Part shown: one piece after another, positions 1 to 7,284 of the stretch | Numbering within the stretch: position 1 is the first letter of the stretch | Layout: the number at the start of each line of letters is the position of its first letter | Assembly: GCA_028694875.1 (NCBI GenBank) | Contig: JAQVKB010000001.1 | Location: forward strand, 1-25,279 | Source of the DNA: Candidatus Izemoplasmatales bacterium | Lineage (GTDB): Bacteria; Bacillota_I; Bacilli_A; Izemoplasmatales; Hujiaoplasmataceae | Direction: 5' to 3' | DNA: 25,279 nucleotides | Translations under genes and position numbers: made by a program | The notes under the pieces: model-generated | What the model was told of the DNA's origin: nothing | Seen by the model: only the letters and a program-made list of their open reading frames with translations | Database searches by the model: none

Positions 1-213
1 CTGTGCTGGCATAATCAGCGTTCCATCGACAAGGACTTCGAGGAAAGCATCGACGACAGTCATTGATTTTCCAATGACCCATCCTAAGGATGAATGGGAA
101 GAGTGTAGGAGAACGTTGTCTCTAGAGTCGATGCCTCCGCGCATCAAATCATAGATGATTCTTTCCTTGGTAATGGGTTCGACTGTAGTCTCAATGACGG
201 ATTGTTCAGACAT
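1..213 (-). CDS. AAC(3)/YokD-family (Antibiotic_NAT) N-acetyltransferase, 5' part only (runs off the window)
   Basis: Not in the ORF track. Hand translation from ATG at 213 gives MSEQSVIETTVEPITKERIIYDLMRGGIDSRDNVLLHSSHSSLGWVIGKSMTVVDAFLEVLVDGTLIMPAQ. The LLHSSxSSLGWV and GTLIMP motifs fit the family. RBS AGAAAGGAAG lies upstream. Confidence 0.85.
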   Translation of the reverse strand, partial: MSEQSVIETTVEPITKERIIYDLMRGGIDSRDNVLLHSSHSSLGWVIGKSMTVVDAFLEVLVDGTLIMPAQ

Positions 214-249
214 GGTTTTCTTCCTTTCTTGTGATGGAAATCGAATCAA

Positions 250-278
250 ATTGTAGCACAATTGTGCTCCTTTTTCAA
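250..278 (-). promoter_or_regulatory. sigma-A promoter of the AAC(3)-like gene
   Basis: Minus strand TTGAAA-17 bp-TACAAT with an extended -10 (TGn). The spacer overlaps the 14-bp palindrome at 255-268. Confidence 0.65.
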
Positions 279-315
279 GACTTGCGATGAAAGGGCTTTG
301 CGCTTTCGCGAAGGA

Positions 316-344
316 TTCACAGAGTGGGCAACGTATGATATAAT
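316..344 (+). promoter_or_regulatory. sigma-A promoter of tkt-tatD
   Basis: TTCACA(316-321)-17 bp-TATAAT(339-344) with an extended -10 TG at 336-337. Confidence 0.7.
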
Positions 345-431
345 AGAGTCATATCCGTATTTCACCCATCAATATCACAAAATGGCACGCATGCCATCAA
401 ATTCATCCAACATGGGATAGGAGAATATCAT

Positions 432-2375
432 ATGCAAAAAACCATCGACGCCATTCGTTTCTTAGGAATGGACATGATTAACGAAGCCAACAGCGGACAT
501 CCAGGGATCGTTCTTGGCGCAGCACCGGTCGTATGCTCACTGTATCAATACCATTTGAATGCCAATCCGCTCGTGCCAGATTGGTTTAACCGAGACCGCT
601 TTATCCTTGCGGCTGGACACGGAAGTGCCTTGCTTTACGCGACGCTTCATTTGGCGGGTTACGAGATTCCCATGGAGGAGATCAAACGATTCCGTCAAAT
701 CGGTTCCTTAACCCCTGGACATCCAGAATATCGTCATACTCCCGGTGTCGACGCGACAACGGGTCCTTTAGGACAAGGTGTTGCGATGGCCGTAGGTGTG
801 GCGCTCGCCGAATCCAATTTGGCAGCACGCTTTAACAAACCCGATTACGAAGTCGTCAACCACTATACCTATGCCTTATGTGGAGATGGTGACTTGCAAG
901 AAGGCGTCACCTTGGAAGCGATGTCTCTCGCGGGACATTGGAAACTCCATAAGTTGATTGTCTTGTTTGACTCGAATGATATTCAACTCGATGGGCCAAC
1001 CAAAAATGCGGTTTCTGACAACATCCAAGAAAAAGTAGAATCGATGGGATTTTCCTATTTCAAAGTCGATGACGCCAACAATGTACTGGAAGTTTCCATT
1101 GCCATTGAAAGCGCCAAACGAAGCGATAAACCATCGTTTATTGAAATCAAATCCGTGATTGGATTTGGTTCCAGCAAAGCAGGAACGAGCGCGACCCACG
1201 GTGCCCCTTTAGGCAAAGAAGAAGCCCTCAAAATGAAGCAAGACGCGGGATATTTGGAAGCTCCTTTTGCGGTTGATCCCCATGCCTATTCTGATTTCAA
1301 AAATCGTTTTGCGGCGCGTGGTCAACGCGTCTATGATGCATGGCTCTTCTACATGGAGGGCTATGCCAAGATGTATCCTGAACTTGCCAAACAACTTCAA
1401 GCCATTATCGATGAATCGGTTGATATCGATTTTGAACAAGTGATTCCACAAGTCGCCATTGGCACCACCGAAGCGACGCGGAATTCGATAGGAACCGTCT
1501 TGGCAAAACTTTCCGCTGTCATGCCTTCGATGATTGGTGGATCCGCGGACTTGTCTGGATCAACCAAAGTGAAAGGCGTTGATGGAAATTACTCTTTTGA
1601 AACACCTCAAGGGCGAAACCTCAACTTCGGTGTACGAGAGCATGCGATGGCTGCAATTACGAATGGTCTTTGCCTCCATCACATGAAAGCTTTTTCCGGA
1701 GGATTCTTTATTTTCTCCGATTACATGAAACCTTCGATGCGTCTCGCGGCCCTGATGAAACTACCTTCGATGTTTTTGTTTACCCACGACAGTGTCGCTG
1801 TCGGCGAAGACGGACCGACGCATGAACCGATTGAACAATTAGCGATGTTCCGCTCTACCCCTGGGATTGTGACACTTCGTCCTGCGCATGCCAATGAAGT
1901 TCGTCATGCGATACGTTATGCCTTAGAACATTCACGTCGTCCGAGTGTCGTCGCGTTGACAAGACAAAACACGACAGTGTTAAGTGAAGTGAGTTACCAA
2001 CAATTCTGCCAAGGCGCTTATGTGGTTACATCCTCCGTGGATGATCAAGGAATCTTGATTGCGACCGGTTCTGAAGTGGAACTCGCGTTACAAGCCGCGA
2101 AGCTTCTCGAGGATTTGGGCAAACCGGTTCGTGTTGTCAGTATGCCCTCCATGGAACTGTTCCTTGAACAAGAAAAGTCTCTTCAAGACGAAGTCCTTCC
2201 GCCAACATTAACCAACCGTCTTGCGATCGAAATGGGCGCAACGGGATTATGGTATCGTTTTGCATCCAAAGTCAAGGGCATCGATACGTTTGGTGAATCA
2301 GCGAAAGAAGCCGATGTGCTTCAACATTTCGGTTTCACCCCAAACGAAATCGTTCGCCTGTTTCTTGCGGACTAA
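432..2375 (+). CDS. tkt: Transketolase
   Basis: 647 aa. ANSGHPG, DRFILAAGHGS, TPGHPE, TPP-binding GDGDLQEG, THDSVAVGEDGPTHEP. AGGAG RBS. Confidence 0.98.
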   Translation: MQKTIDAIRFLGMDMINEANSGHPGIVLGAAPVVCSLYQYHLNANPLVPDWFNRDRFILAAGHGSALLYATLHLAGYEIPMEEIKRFRQIGSLTPGHPEYRHTPGVDATTGPLGQGVAMAVGVALAESNLAARFNKPDYEVVNHYTYALCGDGDLQEGVTLEAMSLAGHWKLHKLIVLFDSNDIQLDGPTKNAVSDNIQEKVESMGFSYFKVDDANNVLEVSIAIESAKRSDKPSFIEIKSVIGFGSSKAGTSATHGAPLGKEEALKMKQDAGYLEAPFAVDPHAYSDFKNRFAARGQRVYDAWLFYMEGYAKMYPELAKQLQAIIDESVDIDFEQVIPQVAIGTTEATRNSIGTVLAKLSAVMPSMIGGSADLSGSTKVKGVDGNYSFETPQGRNLNFGVREHAMAAITNGLCLHHMKAFSGGFFIFSDYMKPSMRLAALMKLPSMFLFTHDSVAVGEDGPTHEPIEQLAMFRSTPGIVTLRPAHANEVRHAIRYALEHSRRPSVVALTRQNTTVLSEVSYQQFCQGAYVVTSSVDDQGILIATGSEVELALQAAKLLEDLGKPVRVVSMPSMELFLEQEKSLQDEVLPPTLTNRLAIEMGATGLWYRFASKVKGIDTFGESAKEADVLQHFGFTPNEIVRLFLAD

Positions 2376-2376
2376 C

Positions 2377-3144
2377 ATGTTATTTGATACGCATTGTCAT
2401 TTGAATGACGATACGCTCTTTGCTGATTTGGATTCCGTGATAGAACGAGCCAAAGAAGCAGGAGTTGGAAACATTCTTTGTGTTGGATACGACAAAGCGT
2501 CTAGCGAAAGGGCGCTGCAAATCGCCGAACAATATGATTTTGTCTTTGCGGCGATTGGAATTCATCCCACCAATTCGAAAGAAGCGACCGAAGAAGACTT
2601 TGTGTGGTTGGAATCTCATCTACGTGATCCAAAAGTCGTCGCCGTCGGAGAAATCGGTCTTGACTATTATTGGGACGCGACCTACAAAGAGCACCAGCAA
2701 GTTGTCTTTCGTCGTCAAATTCATCTTGCAAAACAATATCAATTGCCAATCTCGATTCATATGCGTGACGCCACCCAAGATACCCTTGAAATCCTTCAAA
2801 GTGAACAGTCCCCTGATTTGAAAGGGATTATGCATTGTTACGGTGGAAGTGCCGAAATGGCACCACGATTTATTGAAGCTGGGATGATGATTTCACTAGG
2901 TGGACCGGTGACATTTAAAAACGCCAAAGTTCCAAAGGAAGTTGCCAAAACAGTTCCGCTAGAATCACTGTTAATCGAAACGGATGCCCCTTATCTAGCC
3001 CCCCACCCATATCGAGGAAAAACCAATGAACCTTCATTGGTTCGATTGGTGGCTGATGAAATCGCGTTGTTAAGAGGGTTGTCCACTCTAGAAATCGAAA
3101 AGATTACTTGGCAAAACGCGCTCCGATTATTTCAAATTCATTGA
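2377..3144 (+). CDS. tatD: TatD-family metal-dependent DNase/hydrolase
   Basis: True start is ATG 2377 (MLFDTHCHL), 1 nt after the tkt stop. GIHP, AVGEIGLDY, HMRDA, MHCY and IETDAPY motifs. Confidence 0.95.
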   Translation: MLFDTHCHLNDDTLFADLDSVIERAKEAGVGNILCVGYDKASSERALQIAEQYDFVFAAIGIHPTNSKEATEEDFVWLESHLRDPKVVAVGEIGLDYYWDATYKEHQQVVFRRQIHLAKQYQLPISIHMRDATQDTLEILQSEQSPDLKGIMHCYGGSAEMAPRFIEAGMMISLGGPVTFKNAKVPKEVAKTVPLESLLIETDAPYLAPHPYRGKTNEPSLVRLVADEIALLRGLSTLEIEKITWQNALRLFQIH

Positions 3145-3176
3145 AAAAAAACACACTCCTCGTGAGTGTGTTTTTT
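3145..3176. terminator. Bidirectional intrinsic terminator after tatD
   Basis: AAAAAA-ACACACTC-CTCGT-GAGTGTGT-TTTTT: 8-bp stem flanked by A and T tracts, between convergent genes. Confidence 0.85.
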
Positions 3177-3183
3177 GAAAAAG

Positions 3184-3210
3184 AAAAGCAGACATTGATA
3201 GTCTGCTTTT
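3184..3210. terminator. Second intrinsic terminator hairpin, probably for the minus-strand hyd/wHTH transcript
   Basis: AAAAGCAGAC-ATTGATA-GTCTGCTTTT, perfect 10-bp stem directly after the wHTH stop on the minus strand. Confidence 0.8.
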
Positions 3211-3215
3211 CGAGA

Positions 3216-3392
3216 TTATTTTGGTTGCCATTTACAACGAACTGGTGAAATGATGAGTTCTTCCTTTTTCAAAGCATTCATCGCTTTGTCGATCTCTTTT
3301 CGATCCAGACCGGTCAAGTCTTCCAAATCGCCACCAGATACTGGTTTCCCAGCTTTTTTCATGGCATCGAGTACGAGTTCTTTGTTATCCAA
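3216..3392 (-). CDS. Small (58 aa) winged-helix/HTH protein of anaerobes, usually auto-annotated as MarR-family
   Basis: Likely TTG start at 3392 after GGGAGGG. MDNKELVLDAMKKAGKPVSGGDLEDLTGLDRKEIDKAMNALKKEELIISPVRCKWQPK has an HTH pattern and a C-terminal SPxRCxW wing. It has its own consensus promoter. Confidence 0.8.
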   Translation of the reverse strand: MDNKELVLDAMKKAGKPVSGGDLEDLTGLDRKEIDKAMNALKKEELIISPVRCKWQPK

Positions 3393-3414
3393 GACAATCC
3401 CTCCCTTTGCATTG

Positions 3415-3443
3415 ATTATATGCTCAAGATGAAATGATGTCAA
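3415..3443 (-). promoter_or_regulatory. Perfect sigma-A promoter of the small wHTH gene
   Basis: Minus strand TTGACA(3443-3438)-17 bp-TATAAT(3420-3415), in the gap after hydA. Confidence 0.85.
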
Positions 3444-3464
3444 GGACAGTGAATGGGCAAACGA

Positions 3465-5219
3465 TTAATAGGTTGCCATCACGTTTTTGTGTTTTGGTTT
3501 TTGTTTCTTGCGTTGATGATAATGCGTATGGAGGTATTCGTGAGACAAGTGTCCGAGCGGTTCGATCAAATACTCTTCGTATAGTTTTGTAATCGCTGGG
3601 TTTTCATGGGATTTGCGAATCACCATTTTTCCATCGACTTTGTAGATGGCTTCAAGACGTTTTTGACGAACTTCGGTCGTGGTTCCATAAGGTTGTCCAC
3701 CGCCGCCAATGCATCCACCAGGGCAAGTCATGACTTCGATGAAAGCATAAGGAGATGTACCGGCTTTGATTTGTTCGGCAATGACACGCGCATTGGCCAA
3801 CGTGTGAACCACGGCGACTTTGACATCGGCTCCGCCCAAATTGACGGTCGTTTCTTTGAAGCCTTTGAGTCCACGAACATCCGTGAAATCGAGCTTTTCA
3901 AGCGGCTTTTTGTTCACGACTTCATAGACTGTACGAAGAGCCGCTTCCATCACACCACCCGTCGTACCGAAAATCGCGGCGGCGCCAGTGGTAATTCCGA
4001 ATGGGTTGTCGAATTCACTGTCGGGAAGACTTTCAAAATCAATACCCATTTGACGAATCAATTTGCCGAGTTCGCGAACGGTAAGGGCGACATCCACATC
4101 AGGATGTTTTCCATCATGACGCATCTCAGGACGTTGGGCCTCATATTTCTTGGCCGTACAAGGCATGATCGATACGACAAACAGATTTTCGGGATCCCAA
4201 CCGATTTTCTCCGCATAATAACCTTTGGCCAATGCGCCGAACATTTGTTGCGGTGATTTGCAGGTCGAGAGATTCGGTAGGATTTCTGGATAGTACGTTT
4301 CCGCGAATGAAATCCATCCAGGGCAGCAGGATGTGAGCATCGGGAGCGTGCCACCTTCGGTGACGCGCTTGATGAGTTCATTGCCTTCTTCGATGATCGT
4401 GAGGTCGGCGGTAAAGTCGGTGTCAAACACATCGTCGAATCCAAGCAAACGCAACGCGGTCGCGATTTTTCCAGTGACGATGGAACCGGCTTTCAAACCG
4501 AGTTCTTCACCCAAGGAAACGCGAACAGCAGGAGCGACTTGAACGATCGTCCGTTTACGTTCGTCATGAAGCGCATCCCATACTTTATCCGTTTCATCTT
4601 TTTCAAGAATGGCGCCAACAGGGCAAACCGAAGCGCATTGTCCACAGAACGTACAAGACTCATCAGAGAGGTACTTGCCATAGGCGGGCGTAATCTTCAT
4701 CGATTGACCGCGGCCCATGATTTCCAAAATATTCGTGGTTTGAATGTTTTTGCAGACGTCGATGCAACGACCGCATTTGATGCATCGGTTCGGGTTTCGA
4801 ACCAAAGCGGGGTTATGATCATCGATCGGTTCCATCTTCAATACCGAAGGGAATCTCGCTTGGTCGATACCAAGAATGTTCGAAAGGTTTTGCAGCTCGC
4901 AGTTCATGTTTTTTGCACAAGCATTGCAGTTCGAATCATGGTTCGTGAGAATCAATTCGGTGATGGTCTTTCTCGCATTGATGACGCGAGGGGAGTTCGT
5001 GATAATCTTCATGCCTTCCCGGACTTGGGTCGAACAAGAAGTCACCAACCCTTTTCTTCCTTCAATTTCGACGACGCAAACGCGACATTCGCTATTGATG
5101 TGAAGATCGGGATAATTGCAGAGCGTTGGAATTTTAATGTTGTTTTGTTTGGCAGCGTTGAGAATTGTGGTGCCTTCTTTGACGCTCACTGGAATGTTAT
5201 TGATCTTTAAGTTAATCAT
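3465..5219 (-). CDS. hydA: [FeFe]-hydrogenase group A catalytic subunit HydA (trimeric type)
   Basis: N-terminal [2Fe-2S] domain, His-ligated cluster (HDSNCNAC...C), two [4Fe-4S] motifs (CIKCGRCIDVC, CTFCGQCASVCP). H-cluster motifs TSCCPGW, MPCTAKKYE, EVMTCPGGCIGGGGQP. AGGAGG RBS. Confidence 0.97.
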   Translation of the reverse strand: MINLKINNIPVSVKEGTTILNAAKQNNIKIPTLCNYPDLHINSECRVCVVEIEGRKGLVTSCSTQVREGMKIITNSPRVINARKTITELILTNHDSNCNACAKNMNCELQNLSNILGIDQARFPSVLKMEPIDDHNPALVRNPNRCIKCGRCIDVCKNIQTTNILEIMGRGQSMKITPAYGKYLSDESCTFCGQCASVCPVGAILEKDETDKVWDALHDERKRTIVQVAPAVRVSLGEELGLKAGSIVTGKIATALRLLGFDDVFDTDFTADLTIIEEGNELIKRVTEGGTLPMLTSCCPGWISFAETYYPEILPNLSTCKSPQQMFGALAKGYYAEKIGWDPENLFVVSIMPCTAKKYEAQRPEMRHDGKHPDVDVALTVRELGKLIRQMGIDFESLPDSEFDNPFGITTGAAAIFGTTGGVMEAALRTVYEVVNKKPLEKLDFTDVRGLKGFKETTVNLGGADVKVAVVHTLANARVIAEQIKAGTSPYAFIEVMTCPGGCIGGGGQPYGTTTEVRQKRLEAIYKVDGKMVIRKSHENPAITKLYEEYLIEPLGHLSHEYLHTHYHQRKKQKPKHKNVMATY

Positions 5220-5232
5220 AAGTCAAGCCTCC

Positions 5233-6492
5233 TTACAGATTCGACGGATGGTCGATCCGGTCGATGTACTCGTCGCGGAAGAAGCGTAGCGACGCGATAA
5301 TCGAGGTCGGAGAGGTTTGACCGAGTCCGCACAAAGATGTCTGATGCATCACTCTGGCGAGTGATTCGAGAGAATCCAAATCTTTCGTTGTGGCTTCTTT
5401 TTTGTTGAATTTACGGATGAGTAATTCGAGTTGTGTATGACCTTCACGACATGGAACGCATTTTCCGCAAGATTCATGTTCGAAGAAATGGACGGTCTTC
5501 AATAAGATGTCGAACAAATCGAAACGGTCATCGATGACGATAATCGCACCGGAACCTGTTTTCGATTCGAATTCTTCGAAACGTTCGTAGTCAATCATCA
5601 TGTCGAGCATGTATTCCGGGATGACTGGTCCGCAAGCGCCACCGAGTTGTACCATCTTGATCTTGCGATCGTTTTTCACGCCGCCGCCAAGATCGAAGAT
5701 GACATCACGAATCGAGACACCAAATTCGATTTCATAGACGCCAGGTTTCTTCACATTCCCGGAAAGCGAAAGAAGTTTTGTTCCAGTTGACGTTGGCGTT
5801 CCCATCTTCGCATATTCTTTTCCGCCGACATTGATAATGACGGGAAGGTTCGCGAAAGTTTCCACGTTGTTGATGACGGTCGGTTTGTCAAAGACGCCTT
5901 TTTCGGTTGGGAACGGCGGTTTGACTCTGGTACGACCGGGCTTTCCTTCGATACTTTCGATGAGCGCGAATTCTTCACCGCACACATACGACCCAGCGCC
6001 ACTACGAATTTGAATGTCGAAATCAAATTTCGTATTACGGATGCCTTTCCCTAAATAGCCTTCTTCACGGGCTTTTTTAAGGCATTCATGCATGATGGAC
6101 ATCGCTTCTTGGTATTCGCCACGAATGTAGATGAACCCATGGGTCGCGCCGGTGGCATAAGCCATAATCGTCATACCTTCGATGACCGCAAACGGATCCT
6201 TTTCCAACAAGGCTTTGTCTTTGAAGTTTCCTGGTTCGCCTTCATCGGCGTTACAGATGATATATTTTGGCAGGTTGGTTTCTTTGGCGAGTCCCATCAT
6301 TTTGATGTGAGTCGGGAAACCGGCGCCGCCGCGCCCACGCAGATACGAGGCTTCAACTTCTTCGATAATGGAAATACGTTCCATTTTCAACGCTTTTGTT
6401 AAGCCAGTGTATCCTTCGGTTTTCAAATAGTCGTCCAACGAAACGGGATTGATCCGGTCAAAACGCCGGGAGATAATCTTGGTCTCTTTCAT
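5233..6492 (-). CDS. hydB: Hydrogenase diaphorase subunit HydB (NuoF-like, FMN/NADH-binding), short form
   Basis: LRGRGGAGFP, CNADEGEPG, GAGSYVCGEE and the [4Fe-4S] motif HESCGKCVPCREG...CGLG. ATG overlaps the hydC stop (TGATG); the in-frame GTG at 6495 is an alternative start. Confidence 0.93.
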   Translation of the reverse strand: MKETKIISRRFDRINPVSLDDYLKTEGYTGLTKALKMERISIIEEVEASYLRGRGGAGFPTHIKMMGLAKETNLPKYIICNADEGEPGNFKDKALLEKDPFAVIEGMTIMAYATGATHGFIYIRGEYQEAMSIMHECLKKAREEGYLGKGIRNTKFDFDIQIRSGAGSYVCGEEFALIESIEGKPGRTRVKPPFPTEKGVFDKPTVINNVETFANLPVIINVGGKEYAKMGTPTSTGTKLLSLSGNVKKPGVYEIEFGVSIRDVIFDLGGGVKNDRKIKMVQLGGACGPVIPEYMLDMMIDYERFEEFESKTGSGAIIVIDDRFDLFDILLKTVHFFEHESCGKCVPCREGHTQLELLIRKFNKKEATTKDLDSLESLARVMHQTSLCGLGQTSPTSIIASLRFFRDEYIDRIDHPSNL

Positions 6493-6950
6493 CACATGTA
6501 CACCCTGTATTCCGCGAGAATCGCTTTGATTTTGTTTGGCGTTAGTTTGGTGTAAACTTTGTCATCGATGCGCATGGCAGGTGCCTCATCGCAAAGTCCG
6601 ATGCAAGAAGTGTACTCCAGGGTGAATTGTTGGTTTTCCGTGGTTTCGTTGACTTTGATACCGAGTTCTTTTTCCAGCGTCTTCGCGACGTTGAAGTCGC
6701 TTTCGACATGGCAGGGGACGCCGCCGCAAACCTGGATGACGTGCTTGCCTTTGTTCTCCGTGCGAAAAAAAGTATAGAACGATAAGACGCTGCATACTTT
6801 GGCTTCGGAGATGTGGAGATACGATGCGATTTGACGAACTTCGTCTTCCGAGATAAAATGGTTGATTTTCGCATCTTGGAACGCAAGAAGAATTTCGAGT
6901 AGACTATCTTCTTGCTGAGGATACTTTTCCAGTATCTTGTCCAGTAACAT
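6492..6950 (-). CDS. hydC: Hydrogenase subunit HydC (NuoE-like, thioredoxin-like [2Fe-2S])
   Basis: CGGVPC and CIGLC cysteine pairs, SFYTFF and APAMRID. RBS AAGGAGG 8 nt upstream. Confidence 0.93.
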   Translation of the reverse strand: MLLDKILEKYPQQEDSLLEILLAFQDAKINHFISEDEVRQIASYLHISEAKVCSVLSFYTFFRTENKGKHVIQVCGGVPCHVESDFNVAKTLEKELGIKVNETTENQQFTLEYTSCIGLCDEAPAMRIDDKVYTKLTPNKIKAILAEYRVYM

Positions 6951-7166
6951 GTGTTGCTCCTCCTTAGTAGTTTTTATGCAGTCTAAGGAGACAACCCAAG
7001 TTGTCCATCATGATGTTTTTTGTGTTGGCAAGTCGTGTTGTTTTCAAAGGGCGCCCCTTGACTTGCGGGGTAGTACTTGGAAAGCTAAGACCGTATTGAA
7101 AGTGTTTTTGTTTCCTAGCTTTTTTGTTCGAAAAACCTGAAACCTCCTTCATATTCAAAATACTCT
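6951..7166 (-). ncRNA. Candidate structured cis-regulatory 5' leader (riboswitch-like) of hydCBA
   Basis: ~215 nt between the promoter and the hydC start. It holds several stems and an anti-SD (CUCCUUAG, 6990-6983) that can pair with either the hydC SD or an upstream AAGGAGGU (7149-7142). G-U pairs work only on the minus strand. The 5' end is estimated from the -10 box. Confidence 0.5.
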
Positions 7167-7172
7167 ATTTCC

Positions 7173-7201
7173 ATTATACGAACCAGACCCTCTTCTGTCA
7201 A
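7173..7201 (-). promoter_or_regulatory. Perfect sigma-A promoter of the hydCBA operon
   Basis: Minus strand TTGACA(7201-7196)-17 bp-TATAAT(7178-7173). Confidence 0.85.
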
Positions 7202-7230
7202 CATCGCGCGCGGGAAAAACCTTTGTTTTC

Positions 7231-7259
7231 TTGTAAAGAAACACCAAATTTGTTACAAT
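7231..7259 (+). promoter_or_regulatory. sigma-A promoter of the ychF operon
   Basis: TTGTAA(7231-7236)-17 bp-TACAAT(7254-7259) with extended -10 TG at 7251-7252. Confidence 0.65.
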
Positions 7260-7284
7260 ATAAGACAGGTTAGGAGAGTAGAAT

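Noticed and set aside
2221-2376. Extended N-terminus of the TatD ORF in the track
   Set aside because: It overlaps tkt by about 155 nt; family homology begins at MLFDTHCH (2377).
3393-3443. Longer start (MTSFHLEH...) for the small wHTH
   Set aside because: This region is the gene's own promoter and RBS; the TTG at 3392 has the SD.
3606-6402. Long antisense and alternate-frame ORFs over hydA/hydB (e.g. 3606-4256, 4539-5210), and similar ones over tkt, gdpP, dnaB, prfA and gnd
   Set aside because: Shadow ORFs of well-conserved genes, with no RBS, motif or sensible composition.
6492-6950. hydC/hydB as respiratory complex I nuoE/nuoF
   Set aside because: They are translationally coupled to an H-cluster-containing hydA, and no membrane nuo genes are present.
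7056-7075. ACUACCCCGCAAGUC resembling the cobalamin riboswitch CCCCGCAACUGU segment
   Set aside because: The AGGGAA/GGUG-AAxUCC core and B12 box are absent; the match is too short.
6982-7166. hyd leader as 6S RNA
   Set aside because: The length and closing stem fit, but both inner strands are A/C-rich and cannot form the long rod. The fold is multibranched and tied to the hydC SD.
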